From: an uncultured Selenomonadaceae bacterium
Lineage (GTDB): Bacteria > Bacillota > Negativicutes > Selenomonadales > Selenomonadaceae
Length of the DNA: 26,754 nucleotides
Assembly: GCA_905236255.1 (NCBI GenBank)
Contig: CAJOPK010000003.1
Location: forward strand, 1-26,754
Direction: 5' to 3'
Part shown: positions 20,951 to 26,754 of the stretch, piece by piece
How positions within the stretch are numbered: the stretch's first letter is position 1
How the letters are laid out: the number at the start of each line of letters is the position of its first letter
Program-made: the position numbers and the translations under genes
The notes under the pieces: model-generated
The model's database searches: none
Told to the model about the DNA's origin: nothing
The model's input: only the letters and a program-made list of their open reading frames with translations

Positions 20951-22138
20951 TTATCTTAAAACAAATTCGCGTTTGCCGCAAACTTTATCCTTCCACAAAG
21001 GTGACATATTCCGCAAATAATCGACGACTTCCGCAACGGATTTTACAATGCAGAAAATTTCTTCCGGCGTATTTGTTTCGTCGATTGATAATCTCAAAGA
21101 GCCGTGAGCAACTTCATGAGGTCTGCCGATTGCCAAAAGCACATGACTCGGATCAAGTGAACCCGAAGTACAGGCGGATCCGGAAGATGCACAAATTCCC
21201 TTATCGTCAAGCAGGAGCAAAAGACTTTCGCCCTCAATCCCTTCAAAACAGAAATTCACATTTCCGGGCAGTCGATTTTCCCGGTCGCCGTTCAATTCGC
21301 AATGCGGAATTTTTTCAAGCCCTTCAATCAATTTGTCGCGCAGTGCCGAAACTTTTTCCGAATTGACTTTCATATTTTCGCAAGCACTTTTTAAAGCCGT
21401 TGCCATCGCAACAATCGCCGGCAAATTTTCGGTACCGGCACGTTTACCCTTTTCCTGTGCGCCGCCTTCAATCAAATTTGAAAGAGCAACGCCCTTTCTT
21501 GCATAAAGCACTCCGATTCCTTTCGGCCCGTGAAATTTATGAGCGGAAATTGAAAGCATATCGATATTTTGCGCTTTAATGTCAATCGGCAAATGTCCGG
21601 CGGCCTGTACGGCATCGGTATGGAAAATAATTTTTTTCTCCCGACAAATTTTTCCGATCTCCTCAATCGGCTGAATTGTCCCGATTTCGTTATTCGCAAA
21701 CATAATAGTTACAAGACAGGTATCCTCGCGAATTGAATTTTTGACTTGCTCCGGCAAAACAATCCCGTTTTCGTGAACTTCCAAAAGTTCAATTTCAAAA
21801 CCTTCCTTTTTCAGCTTTTCCAAAGTATGCAAAACCGCATGATGTTCAAAGGTCGTCGAAATTATGTGACGCTTATTTTTTTTCGCTCCGATTTTTGCGG
21901 CGGAAAGAATTGCCTGATTATCCGATTCACTGCCGCCGGAAGTAAAATAAATTTCATCCGGATCGGCATTGATACATTCCGCAATATTTTTTCGGGCGGA
22001 ACTCAAAATTTCCTTTGCCCTTTGACCGAAAGAATAAAGACTCGAAGGATTTCCCCAATCATTTTTTATGCAGTCGATCATTGAATTTATTGCCGCCGAA
22101 CTCATTTTTGTTGTGGCGGCATTATCCGCATAAATCAT
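20951..22138 (-). CDS. iscS: Cysteine desulfurase (IscS/NifS group I)
   Basis: MIYADNAATT, NPSSLY, HTDAVQA, SAHKFHGPKG (PLP Lys), SSGSACTSGS (catalytic Cys). Start 22138 with SD GGAAGGGG; the longer listed start at 22204 runs through the promoter. Confidence 0.95.
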   Translation of the reverse strand: MIYADNAATTKMSSAAINSMIDCIKNDWGNPSSLYSFGQRAKEILSSARKNIAECINADPDEIYFTSGGSESDNQAILSAAKIGAKKNKRHIISTTFEHHAVLHTLEKLKKEGFEIELLEVHENGIVLPEQVKNSIREDTCLVTIMFANNEIGTIQPIEEIGKICREKKIIFHTDAVQAAGHLPIDIKAQNIDMLSISAHKFHGPKGIGVLYARKGVALSNLIEGGAQEKGKRAGTENLPAIVAMATALKSACENMKVNSEKVSALRDKLIEGLEKIPHCELNGDRENRLPGNVNFCFEGIEGESLLLLLDDKGICASSGSACTSGSLDPSHVLLAIGRPHEVAHGSLRLSIDETNTPEEIFCIVKSVAEVVDYLRNMSPLWKDKVCGKREFVLR

Positions 22139-22168
22139 TTTTTCACCCCTTCCCGGAAAAACGCGGTC

Positions 22169-22197
22169 ATTATAATTTTTTAAACCCACCTTGTCAA
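22169..22197 (-). promoter_or_regulatory. Consensus sigma-A promoter for iscS-iscU-metY-cysK
   Basis: TTGACA (22197-22192), 17 nt, TATAAT (22174-22169). Confidence 0.85.
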
Positions 22198-22204
22198 TAG
22201 GCAA
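22182..22204. promoter_or_regulatory. Candidate Rrf2-family (IscR/CymR-like) operator overlapping the -35
   Basis: AAA-CCCAC-N7-ATAGG-CAA, an imperfect version of a CCTAY-N7-RTAGG dyad as I recall it for Firmicute Rrf2 sites; sits at the promoter of an Fe-S/cysteine operon. Confidence 0.4.
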
Positions 22205-22279
22205 ATTAAATTGAACACGGCACTTGTAAAATTTAAACGCTCGTGATAAATCATGCGGCCTTTATTAAATTTGCGGGGA

Positions 22280-22517
22280 GGTTACCGTGCCTCAAAAAAA
22301 AACAGCCTTATTTCGGCTGCAAAGTTCATGCACTTACAACCGTTGACGGCTAATGTTGACTATGGAAAAGGTCTGCAAGATATGATTTTTATTCCGTTGA
22401 GCGAGTATTGGCAAAAACTTTTTACGGACTTTCCGCTCTTCTCCTCTCAAAAATTTTTGCTTTCAATTTTTCTGTGGTCAAATCTTTAGTTTTTTGATTG
22501 TTGACGGCACAACGGGT
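22280..22517 (+). mobile_element. Decayed, internally deleted IS982-like transposase remnant with a probable right end
   Basis: Collinear fragments across frames: GYRASKK / QPYFGCKVHALTTVDG* / TANVDYGKGLQDM / YSVERVLAKTFYGLSALLLSKIFAFNF...*, ending in GGCACAACGGGT (reverse complement ACCCGTTGTGCC). Matches my recollection of IS982 motifs and ACCC termini. Confidence 0.65.
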
Positions 22518-22558
22518 TAATTACTCAAAACAATTTTGATTAAAATATCTCCTTTGTT

Positions 22559-23206
22559 TTAAGAGCCGAAATCCAAAACGCTGCCTTTAATTCCTGCGGC
22601 ATCGGCAGATTTTTGCTCACGTTGATAAGGATTGTCCTCGTTGACATATTTAATTTGAGTGTTCGTCACACCGCCGGCAACGAAAACGCGCCCGCACTCC
22701 GGACAAATGCCGTTGTGAAGTCGAACGGAAACACTCTGAACTTTTGCTTTGCCGTCCCGTTCTTTTTCATAAGCGTTTGCAACGTGTTCATGTTCGTGTC
22801 CCAAAACGACGGTTGCGGCAATCGAAGGCGAAATATGACCGGGTGATTTGAAAGAAACATCGTTTTCGTCGGAACCGTCTTGATATTTTCTGTTTGCACA
22901 AGTTTCACATTCCGCCGGAGAAGACTTTCTGCCCAAAGCTTTGTGATTTGACGCGCCGGGATTTAATACAACGCCGTGAGTATTTCCGGCGGCATCGGTG
23001 TCATCATCGCTCTCAAAAATATTCGTATTCAAGTCGCCGCCGTTTTCTTCCCGCGAATCTTGAAAAGCCTTTCTCAAGTCGTCCGGCAACGTATTCTTTT
23101 CCGATTTTTGAAAATCTTCCGCCGGAACATTCAAACTTTGTCCCGGCGCGGATTTTGAAAAATCCGGGCGAAAAATCGGAGAATTTTTTGTAATTCCGTT
23201 TACCAT
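22559..23206 (-). CDS. Hypothetical protein with HExxH and two CxxC motifs (possible Zn-binding or SprA-related-like metalloprotease)
   Basis: About 215 aa; low-complexity N-half; CETC...GHEHEHV...CPEC. Start at 23206 (SD GGGAG 9 nt upstream); 23215 is an alternative. Confidence 0.75.
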   Translation of the reverse strand: MVNGITKNSPIFRPDFSKSAPGQSLNVPAEDFQKSEKNTLPDDLRKAFQDSREENGGDLNTNIFESDDDTDAAGNTHGVVLNPGASNHKALGRKSSPAECETCANRKYQDGSDENDVSFKSPGHISPSIAATVVLGHEHEHVANAYEKERDGKAKVQSVSVRLHNGICPECGRVFVAGGVTNTQIKYVNEDNPYQREQKSADAAGIKGSVLDFGS

Positions 23207-23235
23207 CGCTGACATCTCCCGGTTTTAATCCGAAA

Positions 23236-23508
23236 TTATCTTCTCAAATTTTGACGCATGGAATTTATCGGAATATTTGCGATAAGCGCGGCGGATTCCG
23301 AATCGTTCGCAAAAGAAATTTCCATTTCGTTTGTATTGATTTCCATGTATTTTGAAAGAACGGCAATAATATCGTTTTTAAGTCTGTCCATAATCTCCGG
23401 AGAAAGACTTGCCCTGTCGCGAATCAATACAAATTGCAAACGCTCCTTTGCAATTTTCCCGGATTTCTTTTCACTTTTTCCGAAAACCTTCATAAGTACG
23501 TCGAGCAT
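23236..23508 (-). CDS. minE: Cell division topological specificity factor MinE
   Basis: KSGKIAKERLQFVLIRDR, LKNDIIAVLSKY, LIANIPI. Start at 23508 (SD GGAGG 9 nt upstream); 23514 is an alternative. Confidence 0.93.
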   Translation of the reverse strand: MLDVLMKVFGKSEKKSGKIAKERLQFVLIRDRASLSPEIMDRLKNDIIAVLSKYMEINTNEMEISFANDSESAALIANIPINSMRQNLRR

Positions 23509-23523
23509 AAGCATTCGCCTCCG

Positions 23524-24315
23524 TTAAAGCAATCCGAACAATTTTTTGAGTTTGGCGAAAAATCCTTCTTTCGGCGGCTTGAGGAAGGGAATGTCTTCAC
23601 CGCAAATTCTGCCGACGATATTTTTGTAAGCCTGACCTGCCGGCGATCCGTTCATCGTAATTACCGGCTCGCCTCTGTTTGTCGCCATGACAACCGCCTC
23701 ATCGTCGGGAACCTGACCGATACAGTTGATAGACAAAATTTCGTCAATGTCGCCCATATCGAGCATATCCCCTTTTTCGACCAATTGCGGTCGAATCCTG
23801 TTTACCACAAGTTTAATATTATTTTTATCCGCTCTGGCAAGTTCGCCGATAATTTTATCCGCATCGCGAACGGCGGAAATTTCCGGAGTTGTGACGACTA
23901 TTGCACATTCGGCGGCGGCTATTGCGGTTTTAAATCCCTGTTCGATACCGGCCGGGCAGTCGATTATAATGTAATCGTATTCGGAGTTCATTTCGTTGCA
24001 AAGTTTTACCAAGTCCTCCGGATTGACGGCGGATTTGTCTTTAATCTGCGAAGTCGGCAGGAGGAAAAGACTTTCATATTTTTTGTGACGGACAAGAGCT
24101 TTTTTGTAGGGAACTCTGCCGCTTGTCACGTCAATCAGATCATACATTATGCGATTTTCCAATCCGAGCAGAAGATCCAAATTGCGCAGACCGGTATCCG
24201 TATCAATAAGGACGACGCGATTTCCGCGCATCGCAAGCCCCACTCCGACATTTGCTGTGGTCGTCGTTTTCCCGACTCCCCCCTTGCCGCTCGTTATGAC
24301 GATAATTTTGCTCAT
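23524..24315 (-). CDS. minD: Septum site-determining ATPase MinD
   Basis: SGKGGVGKTTT, DTDTGLRNLDLLLGLENR, IDCPAGIEQG, C-terminal amphipathic GFFAKLKKLFG. Confidence 0.96.
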   Translation of the reverse strand: MSKIIVITSGKGGVGKTTTTANVGVGLAMRGNRVVLIDTDTGLRNLDLLLGLENRIMYDLIDVTSGRVPYKKALVRHKKYESLFLLPTSQIKDKSAVNPEDLVKLCNEMNSEYDYIIIDCPAGIEQGFKTAIAAAECAIVVTTPEISAVRDADKIIGELARADKNNIKLVVNRIRPQLVEKGDMLDMGDIDEILSINCIGQVPDDEAVVMATNRGEPVITMNGSPAGQAYKNIVGRICGEDIPFLKPPKEGFFAKLKKLFGLL

Positions 24316-24336
24316 AAATTTTGCATCCTTTCAAAA

Positions 24337-24957
24337 TCAGCGTTTGACGGGTTCGATAAAAATTTGCCCGTCCTTGATTGAAGCGCGCTCGGCAAATTCC
24401 GCAGTTTCCGGTTCATCCGGAGAACGCGCAATTACATCGGCAATGCGAATTTGCACCGGCATAAGTCTGTCGGCGACGACGACTGCGGAAGTATCGCCGG
24501 AGGCTCCCGCATGAACATACCCGCGACAAGTTCCGCGAATGTCTATGCTGCCGTCGGCAATAATCCGTGCGCCGGGATTGACATTTCCGACGATCAAAAT
24601 TGATGCCTGAGTGCGAATTTCTTCGCCGCCGCGCACCGTCCGATTGATGGTCATCATCTTGCGGATCGGCTCCGGCTCTTTTTTCGCGGGTTCGGAAGAA
24701 GGCGAAGTAAGATTCGGGCGTTTCAATTCGGTGCTGAAAAGCATGCCGTGCCGGTGAAACATTCGGCGCAAAACCTCATTTTGCTCTTCGGTGAAATAAC
24801 CCTTTTGAACGAAAACCGTAGTACCGCGAATAAAGAAATTATTGCCCGATTGGAGCTTGTCGAGGAGATTCGCCTTAACATCGTCAAAACTTGCGCCCGT
24901 CGCGAAACTCAACTGAAGCCCGGACTTCAGTCCTTTGATTTTAACAATATCACTCAA
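24337..24957 (-). CDS. minC: Septum site-determining protein MinC
   Basis: VKIKG N-terminus, TVRGGEEI, GNVNPGARIIADGSI, GYVHAG, QIRIAD. TTG 24957 is preferred (GGGGTG SD); GTG 24966 is an alternative. Confidence 0.9.
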   Translation of the reverse strand: MSDIVKIKGLKSGLQLSFATGASFDDVKANLLDKLQSGNNFFIRGTTVFVQKGYFTEEQNEVLRRMFHRHGMLFSTELKRPNLTSPSSEPAKKEPEPIRKMMTINRTVRGGEEIRTQASILIVGNVNPGARIIADGSIDIRGTCRGYVHAGASGDTSAVVVADRLMPVQIRIADVIARSPDEPETAEFAERASIKDGQIFIEPVKR

Positions 24958-25001
24958 AGCTATCACCCCTGAATAAAAAAAGTACGTATAATTCCGATGA
25001 C

Positions 25002-25030
25002 ATTATACATACTTTATCGTTATTTGTCCG
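25002..25030 (-). promoter_or_regulatory. Possible sigma-A promoter for minCDE
   Basis: CGGACA (25030-25025), 17 nt, TATAAT (25007-25002); weak -35. Confidence 0.45.
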
Positions 25031-25123
25031 GTGTTTTTACAGTTTTTTTTCAGAAAAAATGTTTTAAATTTTACCGGCTATCCGGATAATCATTCCGGCG
25101 AAACGACTTAATTCAGGCATTTT

Positions 25124-25834
25124 TTAACCTCCGAGATAAGCCTTTCGGACTTCTTCACTGGCGGCAAGTTCTTTTGCATTGCCGGACAGCGTAATTCTGC
25201 CGGTTTCCAAAACATAAGCGCGGTTTGCTATCGAAAGTGCCATGTTTGCATTTTGTTCGACAAGCAGGACGGTCGTACCGGTTTTGTTTATGTCGACTAT
25301 GATTGAAAAAATTTCGCGAATCAAAAGCGGCGCAAGTCCCATACTGGGCTCGTCCAAAAGCAAAAGTTTCGGGCGGCTCATTAGTGCCCTGCCCATCGCA
25401 AGCATTTGCTGTTCACCGCCGGAGAGAGTTCCGGCAAGCTGAAATTCGCGCTCTTTAAGGCGGGGGAATCTTTCAAAAACCATATTGAAATCTTTTTCAA
25501 TTTCGGCGGTATCGTTGCGAATAAATGCGCCGAGTTCCAAATTTTCCCGGACGGTCATTTCCGCAAAAATTCTGCGCCCTTCCGGAACTTGCGAAATTCC
25601 TTCCTTGACAATTTTATGGGCGGGCATACCGGCAATATTTTGTCCCATGAAATTTATTTCGCCGGTCTTGGGTTTCAAAAGTCCGGAGATTGTCCGGAGA
25701 GTTGTGGATTTACCGGCACCGTTCGCACCGATAAGCGTAACAATTTCGCCCTCGTTTACCTCAAGACTTATTCCCTTGATCGCGTGAATCGCGCCGTAAT
25801 AAACATTTATGTCCTTAATTTCAAGCATTGCCAC
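25124..25834 (-). CDS. livF: Branched-chain amino acid ABC transporter ATP-binding subunit (LivF-like)
   Basis: GANGAGKST, QVPEGRRIF, LSGGEQQMLAMGRALMSRP, LLDEPSMGLAP, VEQNA. Start uncertain (GTG 25834 or ATG 25828). Confidence 0.92.
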   Translation of the reverse strand: MAMLEIKDINVYYGAIHAIKGISLEVNEGEIVTLIGANGAGKSTTLRTISGLLKPKTGEINFMGQNIAGMPAHKIVKEGISQVPEGRRIFAEMTVRENLELGAFIRNDTAEIEKDFNMVFERFPRLKEREFQLAGTLSGGEQQMLAMGRALMSRPKLLLLDEPSMGLAPLLIREIFSIIVDINKTGTTVLLVEQNANMALSIANRAYVLETGRITLSGNAKELAASEEVRKAYLGG

Positions 25835-25956
25835 AAGCAAAACTTCCTTTCATTTGTCATGAATTTTTCTGCATTTTACGTTGCTTGGCGGAATTGTTTT
25901 TGCGGACAATTTTTCTTCGTTTGTCACAAAATCACCTGCCGCGCCCGGCGAATATC

Positions 25957-26754
25957 TTACGCCCTGAAATAATTCACTCCCGATTCAAACAAGTGACGGC
26001 TTTTGTTTCCCGGAACATTTTTGCAGACATATTCGCCGATTCTTTCGGAATGACCCATTTTGCCGAAAATTCTTCCGTCCGCGCTCGTAATTCCTTCAAT
26101 CGCAAGAGCGGATCCGTTCGGATTGAAAGGCAATTCCGGCGTCGGTTCATCGTCAAAATCAACGTACTGCGTTGCAATTTGTCCGGTTTCGTCAAGTTTT
26201 TTCAACCAATCTTCACTTGCCGCAAAACGACCTTCCCCGTGCGAAACGGCAACCGTATGAACTTCGCCGACGGAAGTTCCGGCGAGCCAGGGAGAAGAAT
26301 TGTTTGTTACCCGGACTCTGACCATGCGACTGACATGGCGACCGAGTGAATTGTGAGTCAAAGTCGGAGAATCTTTTTCAAGCGGGCGAATTTCCCCGTA
26401 AGGCAAAAGTCCCAGCTTTATCAACGCCTGAAAACCGTTGCAAATTCCCAAAATCAAGCCGTCCCGCTCTTTCAAAAGTTTCATGACTTCTTCCGCAATT
26501 TTCGGATTTCTGAAAACCGCCGCAATAAATTTTCCGGAGCCGTCCGGTTCGTCGCCGCCCGAAAATCCGCCCGGCAACATTATAATCTGAGATTTTTTAA
26601 TTTCTTCGACCATCGCCGAAATACTTTCTTCGACCGCCGCCGGAGTCAAATTTCTGACGACAAAAATTTTCGGATCCGCTCCCGCCCGTTTCCAAACTTT
26701 CGCGCTGTCATATTCGCAATTCGTGCCGGGAAAAACCGGAATGAAAACGCGCGG
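25957..26754 (-). CDS. purL: C-terminal glutamine amidotransferase domain of a fused FGAM synthase (5' part outside window)
   Basis: Frame is open to the window edge (PRVFIPVFPGTNCEYDS), PGGFSGGDEPDGSGKF, GICNGFQ (Cys), MGHSER (His/Glu). Fusion to the synthetase domain is inferred, since a standalone PurQ cannot be excluded from this window. Confidence 0.85.
   Translation of the reverse strand, partial: PRVFIPVFPGTNCEYDSAKVWKRAGADPKIFVVRNLTPAAVEESISAMVEEIKKSQIIMLPGGFSGGDEPDGSGKFIAAVFRNPKIAEEVMKLLKERDGLILGICNGFQALIKLGLLPYGEIRPLEKDSPTLTHNSLGRHVSRMVRVRVTNNSSPWLAGTSVGEVHTVAVSHGEGRFAASEDWLKKLDETGQIATQYVDFDDEPTPELPFNPNGSALAIEGITSADGRIFGKMGHSERIGEYVCKNVPGNKSRHLFESGVNYFRA

Noticed and set aside
22274-22346. 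GGGGAGG followed by GTG giving a 19 aa peptide (VPQKKTALFRLQSSCTYNR)
   Set aside because: Lies in the third frame of the transposase relic with no convincing promoter; probably chance.
22253-22489. 78 aa + strand ORF in the iscS upstream region
   Set aside because: No SD, and it strings together in-frame and out-of-frame pieces of the IS remnant; not an independent gene.
23284-23292. TCCGATAA sigma-28 -10-like motif inside minE, upstream of the hypothetical gene
   Set aside because: No TAAA -35 at proper spacing, and the bases encode the conserved MinE NIPI motif.
1-26754. Alternative genetic code, programmed frameshifts, CRISPR arrays or prophage genes
   Set aside because: Conserved proteins translate full-length with intact motifs under the standard code; no regularly spaced repeats or phage-like ORFs seen.

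Overview
Mostly housekeeping chromosome from a Firmicute, probably Negativicutes/Selenomonadaceae (inferred from protein style and a large RpoC insert; not verified). Order: leuA(5'-partial)-yebC-ruvC-mutS2-ftsX-M23 peptidase (+); rfbB-cbiD (-); tRNA-Pro(CGG) (-); rpoB-rpoC (+) with its own consensus promoter and terminator; iscS-iscU-metY-cysK (-); a decayed IS982-like remnant; minC-minD-minE-hypothetical HExxH/CxxC protein (-); orphan livF (-); 3' end of a fused purL (-). I see no CRISPR array, prophage, defence island or intact mobile element, and I cannot claim a clearly new system. Best leads: (i) an uncharacterised putative Zn protein closing the minCDE run; (ii) an apparent tandem sandwich-barrel duplication and a long acidic tail in RpoB, plus a triple-module region in RpoC; (iii) an IS982-like fossil absent from the ORF track as a coherent gene; (iv) an Fe-S/Cys/Met operon with a candidate Rrf2 operator; (v) many genes separated from their usual operon partners. 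All family calls come from motif recognition by eye, with no database searches.
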